A stretch of 63,920 nt of DNA, counting the filler, from Phoronis australis (Eukaryota; Animalia; Phoronida), in NCBI GenBank assembly GCA_002633005.1. It is 6 parts of 6 records of this genome, joined end to end, with 100 filler letters (N's around TTAATTAATTAA, not from the genome) between each part and the next. Parts side by side here need not be neighbours in the genome. Positions count along the whole stretch, not along the records: positions 1 to 14,764 come from NMRA01000028.1; positions 14,865 to 34,093 come from NMRA01000950.1; 4 more parts are not named here. One strand, 5' to 3'. Shown here piece by piece: positions 13,271 through 25,680 of this stretch. Numbering within the stretch: the first letter of the stretch is position 1; every line of letters begins with the position of its first letter. The position numbers were made by a program, and so were the translations under genes. The notes under the pieces were generated by a model. That model made no database searches, was not told the origin of the DNA, and was given only the letters and a program-made list of their open reading frames with translations.

Positions 13271-14764
13271 TGTATCGAAACCCTCGAGTCCCCCCACCTG
13301 GCTACGGGTCTGCTGGATATCCAGAAAGGTTCGTCAACTTGTCAGTTTCCCTGCCTAATCTTTGGTAGCAATTATTATGATGTTCATTTTCTTTGATGAG
13401 AGTCAAAAGTATTGCCACAGACTAGCTGCCTTCAAATGGTTTGCTTTTGAAAGGGTTACCTATACTTTTTGTTACGCTATTTGTAATGTGCTGTTGGTAT
13501 TGTTACTGACGACAGCTGTGTTTATTGTTGTATAATGCGTTGAAATTTCTGCTATAAAACATTAATATGTATTTTTTGATTTTCAAGGAAACATCGAATT
13601 GAGAAAAAAGACAAGCTGTTTCAAATTCAAAATATTGTTTCCCAGATCTTCTGCGATGTAATATTGGTTATATAATTGTTAGAGAAATGTTTTGCGGGTA
13701 GACCTATCAATTTATGTTCAGATGCAGAGAAGCACGAATTGGAACAATATTGGGGGAAATAATAGTGCACCGTCCGCTATAAAATATCACATTCCTCCCT
13801 ATCGCTACCACTTCGCCACTTCCGCTTGTCGTCACCCTTCTTACCCACCAAACGGGTGCGGACTTTGCTGTTAGGGTGGGGGCAAACTTTTTGTTTAAAC
13901 AAAATTTCACGGCAGATTGCCTCTGCATTACGCATTAATGGCAAGAGTTTGTTATTTACAGATTAGTACTCATTTAATGGGCTTCCAAAACATGTATTGT
14001 CAAATGCACTCTTTTTTAAGACATTTATTGCTATAATAATAACAACACAACACAAAGACAGTAATCCCCAATGACACATCACACGCACACGCACATATTT
14101 CACCGAAAGCTCAATTTCACAAACCAAAAACACCAAATGTACTTTTCTCATCTGTATTACTTTTTAAAGAGTAAAAAATGCATTCTTTCTCAGGTGGCCG
14201 ATTCCACAGAAAATTATCAAATGGTCCAGTATCCGTTCGATTTGTTGGTCTAGTGGACCCTACATTTTCTCCCTCTTGTATTGAAGATACGATAGGTTTT
14301 CCATTTCGATAGAATTTAGTGGAAATGAATTCCAAAGCATTTCTGTGCTTAACGGAAGGTTCAAATACTTTAGACCTGAGAGAAACCAGTACTACGGGCT
14401 GCTAAATACGGATTTAACATCGTATGGGTATATTCAGTTATAATTTCGTCTGTTTCTGAGAGCTATTGAACAATTCATTTGATAAGAGTCCAGTTTGCAG
14501 AGATTTCACTTATTACTTTGCGAAATAAATTTCGCCAAGTATGTTGCTCTTCCACTAAGTTTTTTTTTGTTCGCACGATACAGGTCGCGATTTTCTTCAC
14601 GAAAGTTACACATAACACGTACTTCCGGAAGTACTGGAAGCTTATTGTTTTTCGTCAAAATCGGATCCAAGATGGCGGCTGTGGCGGCCATTTTGTTTTC
14701 ATTTAAAGGTTCAAATGCTTCTGGAGGCTACAATTTTTTACGTAAAAGGCTAAGAATCGGCACA

Positions 14765-14864
14765 NNNNNNNNNNNNNNNNNNNNNNNNNNNNNNNNNNNN
14801 NNNNNNNNTTAATTAATTAANNNNNNNNNNNNNNNNNNNNNNNNNNNNNNNNNNNNNNNNNNNN
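14765..14864. other. Artificial contig linker
   Basis: 100 bp, N-runs around TTAATTAATTAA (stops in all six frames). Confidence 0.98.
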
Positions 14865-16750
14865 CCCCCCCCCCCTCCGTGGAAAAGGTGCAGCCCTAGC
14901 CTATCCGATAAAGTTAAGATACAAATGGGCAACAACAAAACTGTTGCAGCTACTGGTACTATTACTACGAATATTAACTAAGTTAGTTATAATTTAGAAT
15001 TGGCTTCTGATTCAAAGCGCTTCACGTAATCATCGGGCCGTATCCGTCAAACTTCGACCGAGTGGTATTTGTGTAGATGACATTGAGATAGTGCAGACGA
15101 TTAGAGGAGGCTTCCTATGTTACTCAACGGGTTGAACACGAGTGGTGGTTACAACGTAGGGAAAAAATGAAGTCTAGAAGTAAGTTCCGTGGCTAAGCTA
15201 TATGGCAGTGAGAGAGCTCCCAAAAAGTCAAAGTGCGTTGGGAATGCCTTAAAATCGAGCAAGAAACAAAACAGCAGAAAAAACGTTTGTTATCTAATAT
15301 TTCTTGCTAGCATAGTACGATAAAGGACTGGCGTCTTCAAATTTGGAATTGAAAGTCTTCGCCAAATACACGTATGTTTTCATATAGTGTCCAATTCTAT
15401 TGTGGATTGGTGGATTCATATGCATGTGTGTAGACGTGTGTGAGTTTCCGTCCTCTTAAATTCAGTAGAAGTCGACGGTAAGTTAAAAATAGTAGGCCTT
15501 TCGTAGTCGCTCAGAATTTAACTATAACCGTATTTGCTTTCTCTGAAAAAACACCAACGAGCACTTTCATATTTTTTGGGGAAAGTACTTCTAGACCCAC
15601 TAAAACTTTGTTCAATGGGGATAGACTTATCTTGTCACTAGTGTCAGTGGTGCAAGGCACCCTCACAGACTTCATGTGAGCAACTTAAAGTTGATGAAAA
15701 ATATTTCCAAGGTTAGATGCCCCAATGCCGACGGTTCGCTACTTCGAAGTTCCACAACTCCAAAGGTTCGCCATCTTTGAAAGTTCACTATTTCGAATGT
15801 CCACATTCAAAACCAGAACTCTGACAGTTTTTTTTTTCTTGAATATAAACACAGCCTCAGGATTCGATTTCAAGCTATATCCAGGGTGTAATTCACACCC
15901 TTGCACATAATCACTAGTAAGACCGTGCTCAGAATGCAGACACCTTTGTGCAATGCTCGAATGGCAGTCAGTGAAGCCAGATTCGAACTCGGGTCTATGT
16001 AAAACAGAAGTCCCGACATCAAATCAGTGAGCCACTTAGTTCATTACTCTGATTGTCTGTCCATGAGTCGTAACAAACCTGGATGAATTGTTGTATTTGT
16101 TTGGATTAAGTAACCATTTAAAGGGTGTGCAAAAGTTGACTAGTTCTTAATATATGGGTTTCTTTGTTTACAAATGAGCTCGGTTGCAATCACTGCCAAT
16201 CGTGATTCTTGAATCTAACTAACGAATCATTCTCAAGCATGGATAACATCTGGGGCACGGGTCAGGGCTGCCGGTGATCAACGGTTTTAAATTTAAGTAG
16301 ACTGAATACGCTCTCTGACTTCGTGAAGACTGGCAGGGAAAAGGTAGCCTTCTACATGTATATGTAACTACCGCCGTGTGCTTGGTTCCTAGTGGAGGAT
16401 TTTGGGGGTTGAGGAGCAAAGGGGCCATGGCCCCCCTAAAATTCTCCCAGATTCCATTTGGAAGTTCAGGGTGCGAATTGGTGACTAGCATATGCGCGCA
16501 CTCAGGGGGGCTCGGGGGGGTGAATGCACAACGCATAGGCCTTGAACAAATCCCATTTTTTGTAATAATGTCCACAAACACAAAAATTCGAGACCCCCTA
16601 CTTCGATACATTTTAGACTGGGTGCGCACATGAGGGGAAGTTTTGGTTATTCCTGCGCCCTGCCCCCCTAACTCCTAATCCTGGATCCGCCCCTAGTTCT
16701 GGCAGGAAAGGTTCAGGCGCAGCCTCGCTATGACATTTCAGTCGCGCTGC
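14865..16750 (-). repeat. ~1.6-kb composite repeat, copy 2, with an extra MITE insertion
   Basis: Diverged reverse complement of 11690-13270, e.g. ccctgccagtcttcacgaagtcagag is shared. Confidence 0.85.
16390..16695 (-). mobile_element. MITE, AGGGGCGGAT-terminal family
   Basis: tagtggaggat ... atccgccccta, flanked by gttcc/gttct; homologous to 26926-27330; absent from the paralogous site near 11740. Confidence 0.75.
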
Positions 16751-17130
16751 CATGTAAACGTTCATCAAAGCTCACATGATTAACTGGTATTTTTGTGAAA
16801 TTATTTGATACATAGTTTGATATTTAGGTCATTTTTGTAAATATAGGTAATGCAGCAGTTTAGTGAATAAAAGCCATTAGTAAGCGTCTAATGCTGACCA
16901 CCCCTCAAGCAGAAATGCATTGATGATACCATTACACAGACTTCAATACAGAGGTAGTCCCTACCATGCAATTACTTTTAGGAGAAAATGAATATATTCA
17001 CTAAGTGTAAACATCAATGCTTCTGTGTAGTAGTTCATGAATTATCAGAATAGTATTAAAATATGTTAGTTTAGATGTGGTCTTATTAAGCTTATCATTC
17101 TGACTGCACAAGATTCACATTGACAAGTCA

Positions 17131-19670
17131 CTATAGGGAGACCATGTACCATGGACTGAGAAAGTATCGACAGAACAGACACGTGGCAGCTGGGGAGTTA
17201 ACAAACACAACTTGCCAGATTAAAGCAGACATGTCAAAATCTTTGAAAGTAGAGATGATAATTGACATTGTTTGACTAAGGTTGTGCACTAAGGAAAATA
17301 GACCAACTGAAATTCCAATGGCAAGCATTAAACAAGGAATTGAATTCTGGTTTGTGGATATTTACCATACTGTCATGCTCCTATCATTATGCATTAGCAT
17401 GATATGAGTGTGTATTTTGGACACGTTAATTGATGGCATGATCGCACGGTGGTGAATTTTGACAAACATTCCCCATGGACAGCATTAGTCGATTGCATGA
17501 ATGTACAGTGGAGAATTCTGACTAACGTTCCCCATGGATAGCGTTAGTCAGAATTCTCCACTTTACATCCATGCAATTGACTAACGTTCCCCGTGGATAG
17601 CGTTAGTCGATGGCATGACTCCACAGTGGTGAATTCTGACTAACGTTCCCCATGGATAGCGTTAGTCGATGGCATAAATGTGCAGTGATGAATCCTGACT
17701 AACGTTCCCCATGGATAGCGTTACTCGATGGTGTTCATCTACAAAGGAGAATTTCAACTAACAATTTCCTTGGCACAAAACTACATTATAGAATTTTGAC
17801 GTTAGTCACACAACACATTGGAGTATTCTGACTAACTGACGTTAGTTCGACGCAAAAAAAGCTTTCAATCACTTAGTATTAGTTTGACCAGTTTCAACTA
17901 GATTTGCATTAGCATTTTGACTAACGTTGAATCACGATTTAATGAAAAACTCAAAATGTGGAATGCCACTTGGAAAAACAATTGCCAGTTGGAATAACAA
18001 CATGTTTATAACAAAAATAAATCTGGATTTATCATTTCATGTTTTATTTTGTATACACTGCAGTAGATTAATTTTCTGAAGATTTATCATAGTTACAGTA
18101 GATATATAGATTATTACATGGCGAAGTCGTTATCCCCCGTTATCTAGAGCCCGAGTGGATTTTGGAGAATTATCGCCCGAGGGGCGTCAGCCCCGAGGGT
18201 GATAATTCTACAAAATCCACGAGGGCTCTAGATAAGGGGGATAACGACTGAGAACATGTAATAATCTATTTATACCACATACTAAACGAGAAACATTGCA
18301 ATGAATCGATCTACCTTTCTCGACTCGCCTCGGCTTTGTAACTACTTTCTATGTCAGAGGCCCGGGGTCGGAGGTCGTGACCTTTTAAGAAAAGCCGAGC
18401 TATTTTTGTCAAATAATGCTTATACTCAAAACCAATTGGAAATTAAAACAAAATAGAAATGAAGGGAATCTCTAAATTAAGGTTAAGCAACTATTAGAGC
18501 TTAAAACACGTTTTTTACACGCTAAGCTTCGACCGGGAAATTATCGTCTGCTAAAGTAGGTTACCACTGGTAACTGAATATAATTCTCAAGACAAAGATC
18601 CTGACGACACGATACCCGCATTCAAACTGGAGATCGGTGATTTACAAGTAAGAGGACATGAGAGAAAAATTTCACTGAATTAAGATATCATTTTTATGGC
18701 AATTATGTGTCTTATGTTTCGTAGCGTATAAGTACAGTACAATGCGGTTTGTTGAACGGGCGATTATTGCGCGTGCTCATTTAAGTATTCTATTTTCACT
18801 CTTGATGACGTCAGTCGCTGCGTGGTGTAGTGGTTAAAGTCGGAGATCAGCAATACCAAGGTCCCGGGTTCGACTCCGTCCTCGGTTTCCCGCCAAATCG
18901 TTATCTCACTAGTGAGATAACTTTATGGGTTATTACACGGTTTTATCTGCCAATTGACGCTAATATTGTGGTATAAACACTATTATTTCTCTTTTATTTT
19001 TACGGTATTAGATTTATTCCAGTAAACATTTATGACCGCCTCAGTTACACTCCCTGGTCCCTGCTTTACGCTTGAGGACAATATTCGTAGTTATGGTATT
19101 ACATGTATTCTATATTGTAGTACCTCTGATAGTGAAAAGAAGAATAATTAAATGTACAGTTATCCAACTGTTTCGCCATTACTTCCCCTTATTTCAAAAA
19201 ATGGGACAGGAATATAAGGCATTTGACAACATTTGAGAAATTTGAGTCATAATTCACATTTCTAAAGTTCAATATGTTCTTAGATCTTATGTATTGTGAT
19301 ATTTCTCAGTTTCCAATTGTCTATTTTTAAGTTAAATGACGCAGATTTTCAGTTATTGTCCTCATACATATGTTGGATAAATTTAACTCACTTTGGATAT
19401 ACTCATCATAAACAATACAAGCTTTCCGTGGGACGGAAATGTTGTGTGTCCACACCAGATCATTATAACGTTTCAAACGATAGAAAATGTCATGAATAAA
19501 TATAACCTACCATTACCCGCAGACACGAACTGCAAGTCCTTTACTTTACATTCGGAGTTGCCTTGGGTACGCTCCAAAATGAAGCTCATACCAGTTTCTC
19601 TGTCATCGCAGTCTGGTCGTTTTTGCATCAACAATTCTTCAGCGGCATCAGCAAACTTGCGCTCCACCTC

Positions 19671-19708
<38 letters not shown>

Positions 19709-20334
19709 CGCGTTGCAGTACTTTCTGAAATTTCACATTTTTGATGCAATATGCTTCGTACTTCCAATTCTCTTTTCTTTCCTTCCGTTTATTCGATTTA
19801 ATGAGAAATGGTCTCACAACAATATGTTGATTCCACGCCATTATAAAAATCCTTCTAATTTCAATGTATCTGTAGATGTTCCAAAAATGTGACGATTCAG
19901 AAGTACTTTATTGTGTGGAAATGGAGCGAAAAGTTGTGCACATTGGGGCAGGTCAGATTACTGGGCCCCTGGCTATTTGTAACTTGGGGGAATCGAGATA
20001 CGTCAATCTGGCACTACGTGTACTTGAGAAATATGTATCACCTTCACGTTACATACAAATGAATGAGTAACACTGAGAAAAGATATGATTCTGTTTGCAA
20101 TGTAAGACCATCAGTGTGCGCCAATGTTTACAGACATGTAAATAAAAGCAAACAAGTTCTTTTGTTTAGTGAAGGAGTTACACATCCATCACTCAACACC
20201 GTTAGATGTATTTGACATTTCACCTTTAAGTAAGTCTTCATCTTCTTGATGCTTTCCTCGTTAGGTTTCCTAGCAAACACTTTAATCTCATATCGGGGAT
20301 CACGTCCACAAACACGATCAGCACTTTCCCCGGC
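17131..20334 (-). CDS. Candidate 3-exon 3' part of an unknown gene with a polyQ tract (exons 20334-20224, 19724-19511, 17240-17131)
   Basis: ttgcag|AGESADRVC..TYLK|gtgaaa; tttcag|KVLQRE(Q12)EVERKF..SAGN-G|gtaggt; tttcaaag|(D)FDMSALIW..VSL*; phases 0,0,1 join in frame; no family recognised. Confidence 0.45.
17432..17762. repeat. 59-bp tandem array: 30-bp repeat with inverted 8-bp arms plus a 29-bp spacer, one spacer inverted
   Basis: GACTAACG-TTCCCCATGGATAG-CGTTAGTC at 17461, 17520, 17579, 17638, 17697. Confidence 0.9.
18107..18977 (+). mobile_element. Non-autonomous element with hairpin, internal complementary junction and tRNA-like unit, copy 1 (tyrosine-recombinase-type architecture inferred)
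   Basis: Palindrome 18106-18269; tttataccaca (18269-18279) is inverted to the terminal tgtggtataaa (18967-18977); a second copy at 29272-30139 defines both ends; no TSD. Confidence 0.8.
18814..18895 (+). ncRNA. tRNA-derived Pol III unit (not a canonical tRNA)
   Basis: A box tggtgtagtgg 18823-18833, B box ggttcgactcc 18867-18877, ends cgcca; acceptor stem pairs poorly. Confidence 0.6.
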
Positions 20335-23300
20335 CTGCAAGACATTTTAAATAATTTGATGTGCATTAGCCACACTTACCACAATAAGAAAGATTACACG
20401 TGTTTAACACTGACGTATGCCTGTCAGCAACACGGCCGTAAGTCAGGTAGGGTAACAAAACACTTTATACGCTAATGAAACTGAGCAGCAATCATCTTGT
20501 TAAAAGTTAATGTCATTCGATATCTTGCATGAACTAATGGGACACTGTACTTTGAAATTCACAATCTAAACCACAGACTACTCGTAAATACACCCATTTT
20601 GTTGCCTAAATGTAACGTATTACCTTCAGATGCTTTTTCTGGTCTTACAAGGTAAAATCATTTCAAATTGTTTATGATACACATGTATGTATACCTTATT
20701 ACGCACAGACACCTGGGCTCCAATCACTAAAAGCAACTTGGCTGTCTCAATATTACACGAACGTGAAGCATAGTGGAGAGGGGACTCGCCATCCTAATGA
20801 ATAAAAGGAAAACAAACAATGCGTTGAAGACAAATTCAGAATTGAAGCAACTGGGAAGTGTTTTCCAATATTGCTTTGCAATGCTGCCACTAAACAAAAC
20901 AGCTGTTTATACTCTGTGAGGAATAATGTGACGATGTGTATCATGTACATGTATGGAGCAAACAAGGATATGTGGGCGATCTCCATAATGGGTTATATGC
21001 TTTGCAAATGATGAGATACTGACAGCATATCTTATAATTTCTGCTAGCATGTAGGTTGACATTAACATCATAGTGTAAAAAGCGACGTGAAATGAATTTT
21101 AGAAGTTCTGCAAAACATTGATGATTTCAGCAATGTGGTTGCCTACATTTGTCTCGACTATCAGACCCATGATGTTATGCATCACTTAGGATTTTACTGA
21201 GTGTAAAGCAACACAAGATTTTTCAAGTCGCTTTTCTCTCCACAACGGCCATCTCTGACTTGCACCGGGTACAGAACAATAAAGAAATTGTTATGCATAT
21301 CGATTCTGAGTAGAGCACAAGGAAGTTTTTGGCAACTGGTAGGACCATAGGTTGACAATTTGAAGGACTTAAATATTTGGCAAAGGCATCAACTTTAAAA
21401 AGCACATGGCCCAATAAATAATCGTCACATGAAAGATCAACAATGTAACTGACCACGAAAGACGGAAATTGATGAAATAGTTCATTAATTTAACTTTGAT
21501 CAGTTTAAACCGTTTCAAAATTTCCCATGGGAATAAAGATAATGGTTTGGAACAAAGTAACGTTTTCATTCTCTGATTGTGAAAGTGAAATCATGAATGA
21601 ATATTGTGTATTAGCCAAATCTCAAAAAGGTCAACAGCAGTCATCTCCAATGCTTTTCAAATTTGCATTTTTATTTTTTGTTACGGAGGTTCACATGATC
21701 AGAGGCACCAAGCAAATATATTCTTCTACGAAACAACTGTTTTGGGATACGAGCTACTGAGTAATGGCGCTCATTGTGTGGATGGCTTTAATAGAGGATA
21801 TTAATGCTGAATATCACAATTCAAATTATCATGAAATGTTTACAGTGTATGCTACTGTTTTACAATTTTTAATTGCAAATTAATTAATATGACATCACTG
21901 TGATAACTATATGTTGCGCGCTATTGTAAAAAGCCAAAATAACAAAAATTTGCACTCAAGACAGCATTTTCAACCTACATAACATTTTTTGAAACTTAAA
22001 TTATATCATAATGCTTAACGAGTCAGTCATGTTCTAAAAACAATGGGTGCTTTTTGACAAATTCGTTCAGTGAAATAGTTGAAAGGGCTGTTCTCAAGAG
22101 ATTTTGGGATCGTTTTATAACTCGATCACGCATCAGTGACACAGCATTAAAACCAACAGTATGGGTAAGAAATGACTTGTTAGAACTTTGTTTATTAGTA
22201 TGAGGACTTATGGAAGTATCCGCTACAAAACTACATTGTTTAAGTGAATCAAACTTATATTCTCTGAAAGTAAAAATCTAATCACACTAGTTTTTGGCTA
22301 AAATACTGTACGTATATGAGTGTATTCTGTTTTACAATACACTCGCATAATGTTGAAATACCTTTTAGTTAACGCTTTGTTTTTCAAACTGTATTTACTG
22401 AAGAAATAATATATTCGTCTTTTCCTGCACTCTCCCAAAAAGCTTGAATCTGCAATTCACTGAAGGGCAGACGTGAGGATTATACATGTACATTATGCCC
22501 GGAATTACATGTTTCACGATCGTACGTCTTTGATTTGATTTGGTCGCGTTGTTTTTTTATCTAGCCAAATGGACTCTCTTAAATGCAAAAAACGGAAAAG
22601 CCAGCCGAGGTCACGGGCCTGCTCGTTGGTCTTTCAAGTCAGTGCTTATTCTATATTCAGATATAGTCGAGCTTGTGTAGACTGAATTGAGGGGAATATG
22701 AGACTTGGGTCGAAGAGGTCGTGGGTCTTTGTGGACTTGTGAAAACATTGATTGTCCTTTTTATGCTTTTGAGTCTCATTGCTAAGTCGAGTTTTGGCTT
22801 TGCTTCAAATAGAGAGTGAACTCGATGTTGAATTCTCACTATTATCGAAAATGTATTGGGATCTTTTTATGTAGTGCTCTTAACTTGAGGACTAAGTCCC
22901 TAATGATTTGCAATGAATTTAGGGCTCACTTTTTATTTGCATTATTAGAAAATGGCTTTAGTCAAAGATGAGACTAAAATAAAGATGAAACGACAGAAAA
23001 AGATTACATCTGTGAGTAAACGAAGATGCAAACAGACAAAAGACTTAGGGAACTTGGTTGAGACCCTGATTGGGACAATTTCATGCGACCTGGAACTGTT
23101 CTTTTAAATTCAGTACAGGCTAACGGAAAAGTTCACTACAGGCAGTCTTCTGTCGTGCTCAAAAACCAGCCATTCAGCTACCGTATTTTCTCGCACTAGG
23201 AATACCCGTCGCGCGTTTTCTCTTCGAAGGTCCACTTAAACTTAGAATAGAAGATTATGTATGACTACTTTGAAGGTTTGCTAACTTAAAAAATTCACTA

Positions 23301-24147
23301 CTTCATAATCTTTTAAAAATGCAAGTACGGTATTTAAAAGACAAAAAGGCAATGTCACATGCACATGAAATCCAAACAATGTGTTTTAGTACCCGGGATT
23401 TGTTTTTGGTATACATCTATGTAGGCCTACACCACTCAGTGCATCTAATAACCGAAGTATTTTGCGTATAAAAGTATAAAAGTAACACTTGAGTTGGAAA
23501 GTTTAAATACTTTCGGAGCAGGGAACCTTTGGATTAGCAAACCTTCAAAATACAGGTGTAGGTGAGCTGTTTGTTTCCTGTTATGTAAGCAATTTCAGTG
23601 ACATGCAAAAATACAACCAGATAAACAATTTTGTAAAGTCATTCTCAGACTAAACTTCATATCTCTGTACGAGTATGTAATGAGGCGTCATCACCCGATT
23701 AAGAATGCCGGATTTGAAATTTGGCAGTAGGTAATACGATAAAGTCCTTTTCCGGACATGAGTCCAATTCTCTGCAAGCAATCATAACAGCAAACTGATC
23801 TCTTGTGGTAAAAATCCTATTTATCTCAGGGCATAGAGCTGAGAGTCATCGTTGTGGATACATATTTCCCTTCCTCCTAATTAAGCTGAGTCAAATGCCT
23901 AATCGAAAATTCTTTAGTATTGAGGTTGGCAAAATATCAAAGGTCCACCGTTTTAGAAATTCGAACCCCCCTTGATGCAGTCCTAGAAGCCTGCTGAAGA
24001 GATTTTATTATGTTATTATGAAATCTTAGTACAAGTTTTTGAGTAATATATACATGTATGTCGGGTGGTATGATTTTCTTTCAAATATGTGTTTTCATTA
24101 AGAAAAAATCCGCTATTCTAGAATTAGGCATGTGCACAATAAGCGAA

Positions 24148-25680
24148 GTTTTAGGAGTCTATACTCTTACAACAGGCGTGTAAGAGTGGCATAGAATGTG
24201 AACAACGGACTGTTTACTTTTGTTTTCTACCACTGAAGCAGAAATCAAACCGTTCACTTGGCAGCTTAGTTTACGTTCGTCAGGATTTTGAATACAGTTG
24301 AACCGGTTGAAAATCTAATAATTTTTCAGTCTCAAATTTCAAATACACGAGCTGTCGTTTTTTCTCAGACGGAAAAGCACGTTAACGCATTTGCTATGGC
24401 AATCTATTGACTTAACACATTCCCCAATATAAACTTGTGATCTTTGACTGTCGGTGTGTAGAAATTAATGGCGATTTCATGTAGCAGCCAGATAGTTTGC
24501 AAATGGCACGGGATGAAAGAGTTTAGTTTTAAAATGTGTTTTACAAACAGTGAATTTGACGATTTTTTTCTAGAGATTCTCGTGACAATTGCCGTGATTG
24601 CATTGAACGAACAATTAGCTATGGGGTTATGCAGAACGTGCCATGTATGGATCGTTTCAGTTCGTCGCATTCTGAGGAAGATACATTACTTGGCACTTCT
24701 CAACATGAATGATCATTAGCCATATTAGGAAGACCGCGTACTTTCTTCTAAGTCATTTTTATTGATAAAAAATATGCATATCTGCTGAAAACTGCTTAAA
24801 TAATTTCAAACCAATGGAAATGGTGGAATAGGTTTCACAACAGTGACAGTACATATATATTTTGATGGACTGCAATAATCAAGACTTCACAATACTCGTT
24901 TCCTAACAACAGTACTGGTATCACGCTATTATAAAATGTAAGAACTTGATTATAAGGTGAGAAACTAAATGTTGGATGTCTAGCCGAAATGAGCGTAAAC
25001 ACAGGGTTCAATGAAAATAAGATCTACATGTCCTTTTTAGTTTAATTCTGTCACACAACTACTTAAACCCCACTTTATCCACTGCGTTCACAGTGGGATT
25101 ATGCTCAAGCCACACCTTCGTTACTCCGGTACCGTTTATCAGTATGAACATTTCGCGATTCTACTAGGCTTGAACACACTTGGCCAAGTATAGGGAGCCT
25201 TTATTCTCACAACAGGCGTGTTAAAGTTACATACAACGCAAAAAACGACTATTCGGTGGTTCACTGCTACTGAAGCAGAAATCGAAGCTGTCCAGTACGC
25301 ATTTTTAGATTTGTTTAAAAATTATGAATATCTGTTGTAACAAAGAATTTTTTTAGTTTCAAACGTTTTTCTCTTCATCGTTTTTCTCTCGCACGGAAAA
25401 GCACGTCACCTCATTGCAGAACACAATCCCCTTAAGTGGAAAATGTGACTTTCGACCTTTGGTGTATAAAAAAAACTTACAATTCCAAGCAGCAGAGTGC
25501 CGGCTTCATTTAGAGCATTTTAGTATATATAACATTAGAGATAGATAATTCCAAATAGTATGGGATGAAAAAGTTTATAGTTCATACACGGATGTGTTTT
25601 AAAAACAGTGAATCTGACGATTTTTGTGAAGAAATTCGACAAAGACCGTTATTGCTCTGAACAAACATTTGGCTTTGGGG
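24148..25680 (+). repeat. Diverged ~480-bp direct duplication
   Basis: About 24148-24630 vs about 25190-25680 (acaacaggcgtgt, actgaagcagaaatc, cggaaaagcacgt, gggatgaaa.agttta). Confidence 0.8.
25074..25150 (-). pseudogene. Partial, diverged copy of the ankyrin exon
   Basis: Minus strand reads NGTGVTKVWLEHNPTVNAVDK|gtgggg; adjacent intron sequence matches that beside 32650. Confidence 0.55.

Noticed and set aside
17461-17726. CRISPR array
   Set aside because: Spacers are homologous to each other, the context is eukaryotic and there are no cas genes
18814-18895. Functional tRNA gene
   Set aside because: Acceptor and anticodon stems do not pair convincingly; it lies inside a repeat
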